A stretch of DNA of 64,000 bases from a virus. Positions within the stretch are counted from its first letter, which is position 1; each line of letters begins with the position of its first letter. This document shows positions 1 to 10,584 of the stretch, piece after piece. The notes under the pieces were generated by a model. It had not been told where the DNA came from, did no database searches, and saw only the letters and a list, made by a program, of their open reading frames with translations. A program made the position numbers and the translations under genes. Where the stretch lies: IMG/VR virus record IMGVR_UViG_3300025646_000012, positions 56,964 to 120,963 of that record. The stretch is one strand, 5' to 3'.

Positions 1-21
1 TACTATCAATTTCGTCCTTGG

Positions 22-273
22 TTGGTATATCAAGATAAAAAAGACTATTTCCAAGTATTAAATGCTGATCATATTATTGCGGAAGCAACACCTGCTGATG
101 AACTTCTTGTACATTATTATAGAGTAATAAATGATACTGATGAAAATGAAAAAGAATTGGAAGATAAAATTGCTAAATTGGAAAAAGTATTAGAAGAATA
201 TATGTCGGATAAAACATTTAATGATAGTGATTCAAATAATCTAATCCAATTTCCGGGCAGAAAATTACATTAA
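22..273 (+). CDS. Hypothetical phage protein, probably 5'-truncated by the window edge
   Basis: ORF whose stop overlaps the next start (TAATG); C-terminal NLIQFP motif common in T4-like small proteins. Confidence 0.6.
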   Translation: MVYQDKKDYFQVLNADHIIAEATPADELLVHYYRVINDTDENEKELEDKIAKLEKVLEEYMSDKTFNDSDSNNLIQFPGRKLH

Positions 274-932
274 TGATAAGAACTGATCAAGAAGCATGGG
301 AACAATATCCCCATCACCACAACTGGTTTAACAAGCTATGGGTATCTGAGAAGCTAGGATATAAATGTGGACCGGGCGGAACAGCACCCAAGACTAGTGG
401 GTGGTATGTTGTTAGACCCACATATAATCTTTCCGGTATGGGTGTAGGCGCTAAGAAAGTATTCATTGAGGCTGGCGACTTGAAAGCTGTTCCTGCCGGC
501 TACTTCTGGTGTGAATGGTTTGAGGGAACTCATTACTCTGCCACATTCAAGTTTATTCATGATCACAAGCCTAGATGGGATGTTGTTTCTTGCTGGGAAG
601 GACTTTCAAATCCAGCTATGTTGCAACAATTTAGAGAATGGTATCGTACAGAAGAAGTTCCTTATGTTCCTTGGGCATTAAATGAATTATCTGATGTAGG
701 AATTATAAATGTCGAATTCAAAGATGATAAAGTGATTGAGGTTCATCTGAGAGATACACCTGATCCTGACTATGATCATATTATTCCCACATGGATGTCA
801 GATCAAGCCAATGGAAAAGTTCTTTCCGAACGTAATGATCGGTTGACAAAAGATGGTTATAGATGGGTATCTGACTATGATGATGCCGATGGCCAACTTT
901 CTGATCCTCGTACTGGTTTCTGGGTAAAGTGA
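273..932 (+). CDS. ATP-grasp-like hypothetical protein
   Basis: YVVRP-x-YNLSGMGVG, WCEWFEG and INVEF...IEVHLR resemble ATP-grasp motifs. Confidence 0.5.
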   Translation: MIRTDQEAWEQYPHHHNWFNKLWVSEKLGYKCGPGGTAPKTSGWYVVRPTYNLSGMGVGAKKVFIEAGDLKAVPAGYFWCEWFEGTHYSATFKFIHDHKPRWDVVSCWEGLSNPAMLQQFREWYRTEEVPYVPWALNELSDVGIINVEFKDDKVIEVHLRDTPDPDYDHIIPTWMSDQANGKVLSERNDRLTKDGYRWVSDYDDADGQLSDPRTGFWVK

Positions 933-963
933 TATACCACCCATCTCTAACATGTACTATGTT

Positions 964-991
964 ATTATATCAACATTTCTAATCTTGTAAA
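964..991 (-). promoter_or_regulatory. Sigma70-like promoter, antisense to ORF 273-932
   Basis: Minus strand TTTACA-N16-TATAAT with extended -10 TG. Confidence 0.5.
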
Positions 992-1004
992 CAACTATTT
1001 TTTG

Positions 1005-1033
1005 TTTACATATCAATATTTTTGTGTTACAAT
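1005..1033 (+). promoter_or_regulatory. Sigma70-like early/middle promoter
   Basis: TTTACA-N17-TACAAT upstream of gp55. Confidence 0.65.
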
Positions 1034-1057
1034 ATAAAAAACAAAATGGATTTTATT

Positions 1058-1657
1058 ATGGCAAAAGAAAAACGAGCAAGCATTCATTATGTAAACAATA
1101 AGGATTTTTCCGAAGCAGTGGTAGAATACTGCACTCTAATTGCTGAAGCAAAAGAGAAAAAACAACCATTACCTGTTGTACCGGATTATATTGCATTATC
1201 TTTCCTACGAATTGCCGAAGGTCTTTCACATAAATCTAATTTCATTAGATATACTTACCGTGAAGAAATGGTAATGGATGCAGTTGAAAATTGTTTAAGA
1301 GCAATTGAAAATTATAATATTGATGCTGCAACAAGAACTGGTTTACCAAATGCCTTTGCTTATTTTACCCAAATTTCCTGGTATGCATTCCTTCGTCGAA
1401 TTGCAAAAGAGAAAAAGCATCAGGATGTCAGACTAAGATATCTCTCTCAATCTGGTATTGAGGATTATATTGTATCAGGTGATCTGGATCCAGTATCAAT
1501 CCAAGCAATGCAAAGCTTTATTGACACACTTAAGGATCGTATTGATAAGGTAAAAGAAAAAGATGATGATCTAAAAGAATTTGTAAAAAAAGAAAAGCAT
1601 AGAAAAAAATATCAACTTTCAGTAGATTCTGATTTAATGGACTTTTTTGAAGAATGA
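1058..1657 (+). CDS. gp55: Late-transcription sigma factor gp55
   Basis: HYVNNKDF, NFIRYTYREEMVMDAVENC, NAFAYFTQI motifs; position upstream of gp47. Confidence 0.95.
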   Translation: MAKEKRASIHYVNNKDFSEAVVEYCTLIAEAKEKKQPLPVVPDYIALSFLRIAEGLSHKSNFIRYTYREEMVMDAVENCLRAIENYNIDAATRTGLPNAFAYFTQISWYAFLRRIAKEKKHQDVRLRYLSQSGIEDYIVSGDLDPVSIQAMQSFIDTLKDRIDKVKEKDDDLKEFVKKEKHRKKYQLSVDSDLMDFFEE

Positions 1658-2715
1658 AATTTGCAATTTTGAATGATACCCATTGTGGTGTTCGTAATAG
1701 TTCTGATATATTTCTTGATAATGCAGAGAAATTCTATAAAGAAATATTTTTTCCTTATTTAATTGAAAATGGAATTAAGCATATTCTCCACCTCGGCGAT
1801 TACTATGACAATAGAAAATTTATTAACTTCCGTGCATTGAATCGTAATCGTAATCATTTTCTTAAGAAACTAAGAGAATATGGAATTACAATGGACATTT
1901 TTGTAGGTAATCATGATACCTATTATAAAAATACTAATAATCTAAATTCATTAAAAGAATTGTTTGGACATTATACCGATGTGGTGAATATTATCCATGA
2001 GCCAACAAATGTCCAATATGGTGATGTAACTTTTGCTTTGATTCCTTGGATTAATCAGGAAAATGAAAAGACAACCATGCAATTTCTAAAAGAAACCAAG
2101 GCAACACACGTTGGTGGACATTTTGATATTATTGGTTTTGAAATGCTAAAGGGTGTTGAAAGTACACATGGTTTGGATCCATCAATTTTTGAACGCTTCC
2201 AAGCCGTATATACTGGTCACTACCATGTAAAATCATCTAAGAATAATATCCATTACCTCGGATCCCAAATGGAATTTTTCTGGAGTGATGCACATAACGA
2301 CAAATATTTCCATGTATTTGATACAGAGACCCAGGAACTTATCAAGATCCGAAATCCACACACACTGTTCCATCGTATTCATTATGATGATACAAATTTT
2401 AATTATTTGGAATATGACTTCTCTTTGGTTGAAAATAAATTTGTAAAAATTGTTGTCATAAACAAAAGTGACGTGTTTACATTTGACCGGTTTGTTGATA
2501 AGATACAATCATGTAAAATACACGAGCTTAAAATCCAAGAGAACTTTAATGAGTTCATTGGTGAAAAAGTGGATGATGACACAATTCTGCTAGAAGATAC
2601 CACGTCACTCCTCAATAGTTATATTGATGGTGTTGATACCGAACTTGACAAGGATCGGATTAAACTTCAAATGCATGAACTAATGACTGAGGCACAGACC
2701 CTAGAAGTAGCATGA
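1654..2715 (+). CDS. gp47: Recombination endonuclease subunit gp47 (Mre11/SbcD-like)
   Basis: Metallophosphoesterase motifs DTH, LGD, GNHD, GHYH. Confidence 0.95.
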   Translation: MKFAILNDTHCGVRNSSDIFLDNAEKFYKEIFFPYLIENGIKHILHLGDYYDNRKFINFRALNRNRNHFLKKLREYGITMDIFVGNHDTYYKNTNNLNSLKELFGHYTDVVNIIHEPTNVQYGDVTFALIPWINQENEKTTMQFLKETKATHVGGHFDIIGFEMLKGVESTHGLDPSIFERFQAVYTGHYHVKSSKNNIHYLGSQMEFFWSDAHNDKYFHVFDTETQELIKIRNPHTLFHRIHYDDTNFNYLEYDFSLVENKFVKIVVINKSDVFTFDRFVDKIQSCKIHELKIQENFNEFIGEKVDDDTILLEDTTSLLNSYIDGVDTELDKDRIKLQMHELMTEAQTLEVA

Positions 2716-4427
2716 TTATATTTAAAAGTTTGAGATGGCGCAACTTTTTGTCCACAGGCAATAATTGGACAGAAGTTGATTTTCTTACCCATAAAACACA
2801 TCTGGTTGTAGGACACAATGGTGCCGGAAAATCCACTATGTTGGATGCATTGGCATTTGCTCTATTTGGTAAACCGCATCGTAATATCAATAAACCACAA
2901 CTTGTAAATTCAATTAACAACAAAGATTGTTCCGTTGAGGTTATTTTTACCGTTGGTGGTTTTGAATATAAGATTATCCGTGGTTTAAAACCTGTTGTAT
3001 TTGAAATTTATAGGAATAACGTCCTATTAAATCAAGAGTCACATAATAAAGAATACCAAAAGATTCTAGAACAAAACATTCTAAAACTTAATCACAAAAG
3101 TTTCCATCAGATTGTTGTTCTAGGTTCATCTTCGTTTATTCCGTTTATGCAATTGCCTGCACAACATCGTAGGGATGTCATTGAAGATCTATTGGATATT
3201 GGTATCTTCTCAAAGATGAATATTATCCTTAAAGAGAAAAATTCCAATCTCAAAGATAAAATCCGTGATGTGGAATATCAAATTGAGGTTCTAAAAAATA
3301 AAATTGAAACTCAAAAGAAATACATTACCGATATTAATAGGATTAATAAGGATCTTAGAGAACAAAAAGAGGCACATATCAGAACTCTTAGAGATGAATC
3401 TGCGGAACTCAGCCGTCAAAATGATGAGTTACTTATAAAAATTAGTCATAATAATGCGGTTTGGCCATTTACACTTCAAAAACTACAAAAGAAACAATCT
3501 TTATTGTTCCAATATCAAACACAATTTAATACAGATATTAAAACTGTAGTTAAAGATGCTAAATTCTTTGAAGAGAATGATGATTGTCCAACATGTACAC
3601 AAAAGATTGATGAGAGTGTAAGACAATCCAAATTGGATTATGCTAAAAATAGAGCAAAAGAATTACAAGATGCTCTATCAAAACTTAACACAGAGATTGA
3701 AAATATTGCATCAGAATTAAAAACCGCACAAGATAGAATTACCGATATAAATACATGGCAGAATGAATTGAACAATAATTCACAAACCATTCATCGGATC
3801 AATTCTCAAGTTAATTTGATTCACGATGAAATAGAAAATCTTACAGATACAACCAGTGACATATCTCTGGCTAAAAATGATCTACAAAAATTTATTGATG
3901 AAAAAGACTCTAGGTTTGAGGAGAAGCTCAAGCATAGTGAACAATACCAATATAATGCAGCTATTGCAGAAATGCTCAAAGATACTGGTATCAAAACAAA
4001 GATTGTGAAGCAGTATCTTCCGGTCATCAATAAATTGGTAAATCAATATTTACAAACGCTTGACTTTTTTGTACACTTCCATTTGGATGAAGCATTTACG
4101 GAATCAATCAGATCTAGACATAGAGATAGTTTTTCGTATGATTCGTTCTCTGAAGGTGAAAAACAACGCATTGACCTGGCTCTACTATTCACTTGGCGCC
4201 AGGTAGCTAAAATGAAAAATTCAATTGCTACAAATCTATTGATTTTGGATGAAACATTTGATTCATCTCTTGACTATGAAGGTGTGGACAATCTAATGAA
4301 AATTATCTACAGCCTTGATGATAATACAAATGTTTTTGTTATTTCGCATAAAGGGGATATTCTGGACGGTAAATTTGAAAATAAAATTGAGTTTGTAAAA
4401 GATAAAAATTTCAGCAAAATTAAGTGA
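2712..4427 (+). CDS. gp46: Recombination ATPase gp46 (Rad50/SbcC-like)
   Basis: Walker A GHNGAGKST, CPTC zinc hook, FSEGEKQR signature, LILDE Walker B. Confidence 0.96.
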   Translation: MIIFKSLRWRNFLSTGNNWTEVDFLTHKTHLVVGHNGAGKSTMLDALAFALFGKPHRNINKPQLVNSINNKDCSVEVIFTVGGFEYKIIRGLKPVVFEIYRNNVLLNQESHNKEYQKILEQNILKLNHKSFHQIVVLGSSSFIPFMQLPAQHRRDVIEDLLDIGIFSKMNIILKEKNSNLKDKIRDVEYQIEVLKNKIETQKKYITDINRINKDLREQKEAHIRTLRDESAELSRQNDELLIKISHNNAVWPFTLQKLQKKQSLLFQYQTQFNTDIKTVVKDAKFFEENDDCPTCTQKIDESVRQSKLDYAKNRAKELQDALSKLNTEIENIASELKTAQDRITDINTWQNELNNNSQTIHRINSQVNLIHDEIENLTDTTSDISLAKNDLQKFIDEKDSRFEEKLKHSEQYQYNAAIAEMLKDTGIKTKIVKQYLPVINKLVNQYLQTLDFFVHFHLDEAFTESIRSRHRDSFSYDSFSEGEKQRIDLALLFTWRQVAKMKNSIATNLLILDETFDSSLDYEGVDNLMKIIYSLDDNTNVFVISHKGDILDGKFENKIEFVKDKNFSKIK

Positions 4428-4437
4428 GGAACATATT

Positions 4438-5112
4438 ATGCAGCTGAACGAACAAGCAATGCAAGTGCTAAAAAACTTTGCAACAATTAATCCTAATATT
4501 GTTATCGAACAAGGTAACGTCATTCGAACACTTTCCGAAGGTAAAAATATCTTTGGTAAGGCAATTGTAGATCTTGACTTTCCAGTAAAGTTTGGTATCT
4601 ACGACCTTAATGAGTTTTTGAATGTCCTTGGTCTTGTTGATGAACATTCACTTACCTTCAATGATAAATATGTTGTTGTAAATGACAACGTAGGTTTGTC
4701 AAAGGTAAAATATTTCTTTACGGATACGGATTATCTTACCACGTCCAATAAGGATATTGCAATGCCTTCGACTGAGGTTAGATTTAACCTCACAAATGAC
4801 ACTCTAAATAAACTCAAGAGAGCGGCTTCTGCTCTTGGTCATGATGTTGTTTCTATCCGACCAAATAATGGTGCAATTAGTTTGACCGTATTTGATAAGG
4901 ATAATCCGACCTCGAACTCTTTCACTATTGATGTTGATGGATCTTATGAAGGTTCTGATTTTGATTTTATTATTACAATTTCAAATCTAAAACTCATTCC
5001 TAATGACTATCAAGTGGAAATTTCATCTAAACTTATCTCACATTTTATTAACAAAGATTCTAAGGTTGAATATTGGATTGCCTTGGAAAAATCATCTAAA
5101 TATGGAGCTTAA
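4438..5112 (+). CDS. gp45: Sliding clamp gp45
   Basis: LKNFATIN, FGIYDLNEFL, YWIALE; synteny. Confidence 0.95.
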   Translation: MQLNEQAMQVLKNFATINPNIVIEQGNVIRTLSEGKNIFGKAIVDLDFPVKFGIYDLNEFLNVLGLVDEHSLTFNDKYVVVNDNVGLSKVKYFFTDTDYLTTSNKDIAMPSTEVRFNLTNDTLNKLKRAASALGHDVVSIRPNNGAISLTVFDKDNPTSNSFTIDVDGSYEGSDFDFIITISNLKLIPNDYQVEISSKLISHFINKDSKVEYWIALEKSSKYGA

Positions 5113-5114
5113 TA

Positions 5115-5330
5115 ATGGCAACTAAAATTGCAAATCAAGAAAATCATTCACAAATTTACGATCTTTCCAACCGTGTAGCACGTAGTACAATTGCAGTAAT
5201 TGATACTCTTACCCAACGTGGTGCATTTAAGGGTGAGGAACTTTCTACCATCGGCGGATTGAGGGATCAAGCTGCTCATCTAATTCAACTTGCAGAAGCA
5301 TGGCAGGCTGAGAACGCATCAAATAGTTAA
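5115..5330 (+). CDS. Conserved small T4-like hypothetical protein
   Basis: IDTLTQRGAFKGEELSTIG motif; GGAG RBS. Confidence 0.7.
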   Translation: MATKIANQENHSQIYDLSNRVARSTIAVIDTLTQRGAFKGEELSTIGGLRDQAAHLIQLAEAWQAENASNS

Positions 5331-6154
5331 TGATAAACGAAATTACATTAAATATTACAGAATTATGTAATCTTAAATGTGGATTTTGTCCTAGATCTAC
5401 ATGGTATCCGAATCAAAATTTAAATATGAGTTCGGATACCATTCATGCAATTTGTAACCAAATTTTAAAATTACCTAATTTTAAAGATTTTATTACCAAT
5501 GGAAGTTTAAGAATTATAGGTAGAGGTGAACCTACATTACATCCTGAATTTGATAAGATAATTGAGATTATATCATCATATAATATAGATAATATTGTTC
5601 TTTATACTAATGGGATAAAACTAAAAAAAATTAAACACATTTCCCATAAAATTAAACAAATAAGATGGGCAGTATATTCTGATAATGATGCAGATTTTAT
5701 AGAAGCAATTTCAGAAATAAAAACATATAATTCTAAAAATAAACTTGTTTTTATGAAACCCGATAATGAAAAAGAAGGTGGCACTGTCCGTCACTATTTT
5801 ATAAATGGAACCTTATTTTTAAATAGTAATTATCCCTTTCTTGATAATAGAGCAGGATCTATAGAAAATCCCATTTATGAAAAACATTTTAATTATAAAC
5901 ACGCAACCTATCACGATGGTAAAAAATGTTATTATATAGATAATAAAATTTACATAGATTGGAATGGTAATTATAATTTATGTTGTAATGATTGGTCGGG
6001 CAGAGTATTAGGTAACATATTTAAAGAAGATATTATAAGTTATTATGAAAAAAATAATATCCTAAAAAAATATAAAGAAGGCATAAAAAATAAAAAGCCT
6101 TTAAATCCTTGTAAAAGTTGTTCAATACTAACGTGCATAAGAAATAATGTATGA
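5330..6154 (+). CDS. Radical SAM protein with SPASM/twitch-like C-terminus
   Basis: CNLKCGFC, GRGEPTLHP, C-terminal C..CC..CxxC. Confidence 0.85.
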   Translation: MINEITLNITELCNLKCGFCPRSTWYPNQNLNMSSDTIHAICNQILKLPNFKDFITNGSLRIIGRGEPTLHPEFDKIIEIISSYNIDNIVLYTNGIKLKKIKHISHKIKQIRWAVYSDNDADFIEAISEIKTYNSKNKLVFMKPDNEKEGGTVRHYFINGTLFLNSNYPFLDNRAGSIENPIYEKHFNYKHATYHDGKKCYYIDNKIYIDWNGNYNLCCNDWSGRVLGNIFKEDIISYYEKNNILKKYKEGIKNKKPLNPCKSCSILTCIRNNV

Positions 6155-6167
6155 CGTAATAAATGAG

Positions 6168-6196
6168 TTTACAAGTATAAGAAAATGATATAAAAT
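6168..6196 (+). promoter_or_regulatory. Sigma70-like promoter for gp44
   Basis: TTTACA-N17-TAAAAT. Confidence 0.55.
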
Positions 6197-6230
6197 TGAT
6201 GTATGCACTATATAATGAAAAGGGCTTATA

Positions 6231-7157
6231 ATGTCTAATGATTTTCTTTGGGTAGAAAAATATCGTCCTCGTAAAATTGCAGATACAATTCTACCAAAAC
6301 CTCTTAAGGATACCTTCCAAAAAGTAGTTGATTCTGGTGAGATGCAAAACATGCTTTTTACCGGCACAGCAGGTCTTGGTAAAACAACTGTTGCCAAAGC
6401 CTTGTGTAATGAACTAGGTCTTGACTATATTATTATTAACGGATCCGAAGAAGGTAATATTGATACCCTCCGTGGTAAGGTAAAACAATTTGCCTCATCA
6501 GTTTCACTTCAAGGCGGCTATAAAGTTGTAATCCTTGACGAAGCTGATTACCTTAACCCTCAATCAACACAACCTGCTCTCCGTGGGTTTATTGAGGAAT
6601 TTAGTAATAATTGTCGCTTTATCCTTACCTGTAATTTTAAAAATCGTATCATTGAACCTCTCCATTCTCGGTGTGGTGTGTATGAATTCAATACCACCAA
6701 AAAGGAAATGGCAGAACTTGCCGCTCAATTTATGAAAAGAATTGAGTACATTCTTGATCAAGAGAATGTTGACTACGGTAAGAAAGATATTGCAAATCTT
6801 ATTATGAAACACGCACCAGATTGGCGCCGTGTAATTAATGAATTGCAGAGAAGAGTAAGTACCGGTGAATCGGCGCATAAAGAGGACATTAGCAATTATA
6901 ATGATCTGTTTATGTATCTTAAAGATAAAGACTTTAAGAAAATGCGTGGTTGGGTTGTAAATAATATGGATGTGGATACCGCTGCTATTATGCGTTCACT
7001 CTATGATAATATGTTCCAATATGTGAAACCACACTCAATTCCACAATTGGTTCTTATCCTTGCAGATTATCAATACAAAGATTCTTTTGTAGCCGATCAT
7101 GAGCTTAATATGGTTGCATGTATGACCGAAATTATGGCTGGGGTAGAATTTCTATAA
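6231..7157 (+). CDS. gp44: Clamp loader large subunit gp44
   Basis: LWVEKYRP, GTAGLGKTT, ILDEAD, SRC motifs of RFC-type AAA+. Confidence 0.96.
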   Translation: MSNDFLWVEKYRPRKIADTILPKPLKDTFQKVVDSGEMQNMLFTGTAGLGKTTVAKALCNELGLDYIIINGSEEGNIDTLRGKVKQFASSVSLQGGYKVVILDEADYLNPQSTQPALRGFIEEFSNNCRFILTCNFKNRIIEPLHSRCGVYEFNTTKKEMAELAAQFMKRIEYILDQENVDYGKKDIANLIMKHAPDWRRVINELQRRVSTGESAHKEDISNYNDLFMYLKDKDFKKMRGWVVNNMDVDTAAIMRSLYDNMFQYVKPHSIPQLVLILADYQYKDSFVADHELNMVACMTEIMAGVEFL

Positions 7158-7843
7158 TGTCAAATATAATTGACATAATGTATGAAAAAACACCAGAGAT
7201 TACTAAGGAATCAAATGATATAAGAGATAATCCTTTAAAAGGGTATCGTACACTTTATTTTGATAATAAAATTGATATAAGATTATGTCCTAAGAATGCA
7301 AATACATCTTTAAAATATGCATATAGTCTCTTACATTATGGTATAGATTCACCTATGACCTTTAGTAAAAGAAAATTTGTATATGATTTATTAATGGAAA
7401 AAAAAGAAATAGATGAAAAAAGTGGATTATTGTTATTTAGATATAATTCCTATAAAATTGCATTAAAAAGAGATCCTATTGATAGAGCATTATCTGCGGT
7501 AAAATACTTATTAGAAACTCGGCTGAATATAATAGAACCATCAATAGAATTAATAGAAGAATTTTTGATTAATATAAATTTGGAAATTAATGAGGTTGAT
7601 CACCACCTTTTACCCCAAACATTTTGGATGGGCAATTCCAATGTGTATGATAAAATTTATTATGTAAAAGAATTTAAAAATATGATAGAATATTTACAAG
7701 ATAATTATATTTGGTTCGATAGAATAGATAATATTCATAAAAATCCTTCCAAAAATAAGTTAAATACAAATGCTCTATCAGATAATACTATAAAAAAATT
7801 AAAAAAAATTTATGAAATTGATTATGATAATGGATGGTATTAA
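7157..7843 (+). CDS. Sulfotransferase family 2-like protein
   Basis: PKNANTSLK (5'-PSB), RDPIDRALSA (3'-PB), DHHLLPQ, IYEIDY. Confidence 0.75.
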   Translation: MSNIIDIMYEKTPEITKESNDIRDNPLKGYRTLYFDNKIDIRLCPKNANTSLKYAYSLLHYGIDSPMTFSKRKFVYDLLMEKKEIDEKSGLLLFRYNSYKIALKRDPIDRALSAVKYLLETRLNIIEPSIELIEEFLININLEINEVDHHLLPQTFWMGNSNVYDKIYYVKEFKNMIEYLQDNYIWFDRIDNIHKNPSKNKLNTNALSDNTIKKLKKIYEIDYDNGWY

Positions 7844-8448
7844 TGAACTACATATTTGATTTTGAAACACTATCAACCGATAGAATTAATGCACCCATTA
7901 TATCAATGGCAATTCTTGAATTTGATTTTGTCAAATTTACCGATAATAAACCTTATGAGTATTCAGAACTTTTGGATAACGTAGGGCTTATTAAATTTAA
8001 TGTTGAGGATCAGGTAAAAAATCATGGAAGAAAAATTAATCCTGATACCTTAAAATGGTGGGGAGAACAATCTGCTGAGGCTCGAGCTAAATTAAAACCA
8101 TCGACCAATGATCAATTGCTATCTGAGTGTATCCCTTTTATTAGTAAATACATCGGTAATACTAAAATAGATAAAGTATTTTCCCGTGGTAATACTTTTG
8201 ACCCTATTATTCTTGATTATATTGGTTTACAATATAGTCAAGTAATACCTTGGGAACATTGGCAAAATAGAGATACCCGGTCTTTTATTGATGGTATGGC
8301 TTGGGGAACAGATATTAAAAATTCTTTTATTCCAGAAGGATTAGAATCACTTTTTATTGCTCATGATCCCGCGCATGATATTACAATGGATGTTATGAGA
8401 ATGCAAACTTTGGTTAGAGCTTTAGAGTTTGGAGCTGTACAGGCATGA
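7843..8448 (+). CDS. dexA: 3'-5' exonuclease, DexA-like
   Basis: IFDFETL, SRGNTFD, RDTRS, HDPAHD (DEDDh). Confidence 0.85.
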   Translation: MNYIFDFETLSTDRINAPIISMAILEFDFVKFTDNKPYEYSELLDNVGLIKFNVEDQVKNHGRKINPDTLKWWGEQSAEARAKLKPSTNDQLLSECIPFISKYIGNTKIDKVFSRGNTFDPIILDYIGLQYSQVIPWEHWQNRDTRSFIDGMAWGTDIKNSFIPEGLESLFIAHDPAHDITMDVMRMQTLVRALEFGAVQA

Positions 8449-8825
8449 ATCCCTTTGAATATCTAAATTCAATTAATGATACCAAACAAGATATCATGCA
8501 CGATGATATTGCCGAAAAAGCATATAATCCTTTTATGACTAATCGTTCACTATCTTATTTTCAGGACACTGTATTCTTTGCCAATGAAATGAATCGGTAT
8601 CATCATCTTGACAAAAAACTACAATTTCACTTCCTTATAAATATTGTTAGGAAACGGAAACGTTTCTCTAAATGGAACAAACCTGAACTAGTTAGTGATA
8701 TTGATGTGGTTAAAGAGTATTATGGCTACAGTAATGAAAAGGCTCGCCAAGCTCTTACACTTCTATCGCCTAGCCAAATAGAAGAACTAAGAAAAAAGGT
8801 GAGCAAAGGTGGAAGAACAAAATAA
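8445..8825 (+). CDS. gp62: Clamp loader small subunit gp62
   Basis: YNPFMTNRSLS, ANEMN, KEYYGYSNEKA. Confidence 0.93.
   Translation: MNPFEYLNSINDTKQDIMHDDIAEKAYNPFMTNRSLSYFQDTVFFANEMNRYHHLDKKLQFHFLINIVRKRKRFSKWNKPELVSDIDVVKEYYGYSNEKARQALTLLSPSQIEELRKKVSKGGRTK
8636..8643 (+). promoter_or_regulatory. Possible T4-type late promoter within gp62, upstream of regA
   Basis: Exact TATAAATA; intragenic and could be chance in AT-rich DNA. Confidence 0.35.
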
Positions 8826-9219
8826 TATAGTACAATGGTCTCCAACTGATATGTTGGAAATTATACTGAACGAACCTGATGACTTTTTAAAGGTACGTGA
8901 GACGCTGACCAGGATTGGTGTTGCATCTCGTAAAGATAAAAAACTATTCCAAAGTTGTCATATTCTCCATAAACAAGGACGATATTTTATTGTCCATTTT
9001 AAAGAGTTGTTTTTACTTGATGGTAAAAAAGCAAACTTAGAAGAGAATGATATTAGCCGTAGAAATACAATTGCAACTTTGTTAAGTGACTGGGGATTAA
9101 TTTCCTTTGCAGTTAAAAAAGAATTAGAGTGTGCACCACTAAGACAAATTAAAATTATTCCTTTTAAAGAAAAATCAGAATGGGAGCTTTGTCCAAAGTA
9201 TAATATTGGTAATAGTTAA
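8809..9219 (+). CDS. regA: Translational repressor RegA
   Basis: DDFLKVRETLTRIG, QSCHILHKQGRYFIVHFKELF, KYNIG; GTG start. Confidence 0.96.
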   Translation: MEEQNNIVQWSPTDMLEIILNEPDDFLKVRETLTRIGVASRKDKKLFQSCHILHKQGRYFIVHFKELFLLDGKKANLEENDISRRNTIATLLSDWGLISFAVKKELECAPLRQIKIIPFKEKSEWELCPKYNIGNS

Positions 9220-9221
9220 AA

Positions 9222-10028
9222 ATGGATATAGTAGATCAAGTACTTTCCATACCAAAAAATATAGATTTTTATATCTACGCACCAGGTAGTGGTGGGGAAT
9301 TTTTTACATCTCTTATAGCTTTATCACACAAAAAAACAAGAGAAATATTAAAATTAAAATATTTTGATGGCTTAAAAAATGATGAAGGTTTAATGAGATA
9401 TAATAGACCGCAATATTTTACATATGATGAAAATTTTAAATTTCTAAATCTTAATATAAATAATGAGTTTTATAATGAAGTAGATCTACTTACAATGTTA
9501 GGACATCTCATGAGTCCATTAGATAGAATTAATTATTGTAAAATGTTATTATTTCAAGGTATTTTTCAATCTATGTTACCAAACAGAAATAAAGACGAGT
9601 TTAAGGAAAATATTAATATGTTTAAAGGTGTTAATATTATACTATCTACACACTGGATAGAACTTCCTTTATTAATTAAAACCAAAAATTTTGAATCTAA
9701 AAATTTTGGATTAAAATTATTTGAAAAAGAAAAATACTGGAATGTTATAAACTTAGACCCTCAAACTGAAAAAGGTAGAAATTTAGTTTTAAATTTTTGT
9801 AAAAAATATAAACTTATAACAAATGTTAAAAAAGTAGAGATGCAGTTTAATCACTCAGCATTTAGTAATATAAAATTAAAATTTCCTTTTATGGACTACA
9901 TGGCAACCGGAGATTTTAATTCAATAAAAAATTATATTACAAATCGTTATGGCCCTGATTTGGATTATGAATTTATTGATAAGGCACTTATTGATTATAA
10001 AAAACTAAGAATAGAGCCATATCTATGA
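9222..10028 (+). CDS. Hypothetical protein with sulfotransferase/P-loop-like N-terminus; paralog of 10585-11325
   Basis: IPKNIDFYIYAPGSGGEFF ... NRYGPDLDYEFID...IEPYL. Confidence 0.55.
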   Translation: MDIVDQVLSIPKNIDFYIYAPGSGGEFFTSLIALSHKKTREILKLKYFDGLKNDEGLMRYNRPQYFTYDENFKFLNLNINNEFYNEVDLLTMLGHLMSPLDRINYCKMLLFQGIFQSMLPNRNKDEFKENINMFKGVNIILSTHWIELPLLIKTKNFESKNFGLKLFEKEKYWNVINLDPQTEKGRNLVLNFCKKYKLITNVKKVEMQFNHSAFSNIKLKFPFMDYMATGDFNSIKNYITNRYGPDLDYEFIDKALIDYKKLRIEPYL

Positions 10029-10576
10029 TGTTTAATGAAAATGCCTTAAAATCAATAAGAAATCGAGAGATAGTTATAGGTTATACAACCCCAGACTGGA
10101 ACTATGATATGTATGATCTTATATCATATATGAATACTCAACCAGAGAAATTTAAAATATGGGAACCTAAAAATAGACGTTTAGGTTTAACCAAAATGGA
10201 AGCTCGGAAATCTACACCAGATTTTGCAAAAAATATTATAAAAGATTTAAAAAATACTTTTTATAAAAATCATATTTCATGTCATGCATATTGCGGTTTT
10301 ACTGAGTATAGTAAAAGTTTTGATATACACAAAGATCGAATGGATGTTCTATATCTTCAAGTTATTGGTAATATCGAATGGAGTATATGGAAATCCGATT
10401 CAAATAAAACAAATATAACACCAGATCAAGGTAGTTGTATTCTTAAGGAAAAATTTATGCCGGGTAAATGGATTTGGGTGCCAAGGGGTACATATCATTT
10501 AGTAGAACCTATAGACCCTCGAGTAGGATTTTCATTTGGGGTTGAAAATAATCCTGACCCATCAACATATATTTGA
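10025..10576 (+). CDS. JmjC/cupin-like Fe(II)-2OG oxygenase
   Basis: HKDRMD (HxD), LQVIG, VPRGTYH. Confidence 0.7.
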   Translation: MMFNENALKSIRNREIVIGYTTPDWNYDMYDLISYMNTQPEKFKIWEPKNRRLGLTKMEARKSTPDFAKNIIKDLKNTFYKNHISCHAYCGFTEYSKSFDIHKDRMDVLYLQVIGNIEWSIWKSDSNKTNITPDQGSCILKEKFMPGKWIWVPRGTYHLVEPIDPRVGFSFGVENNPDPSTYI

Positions 10577-10584
10577 GATTCTTT

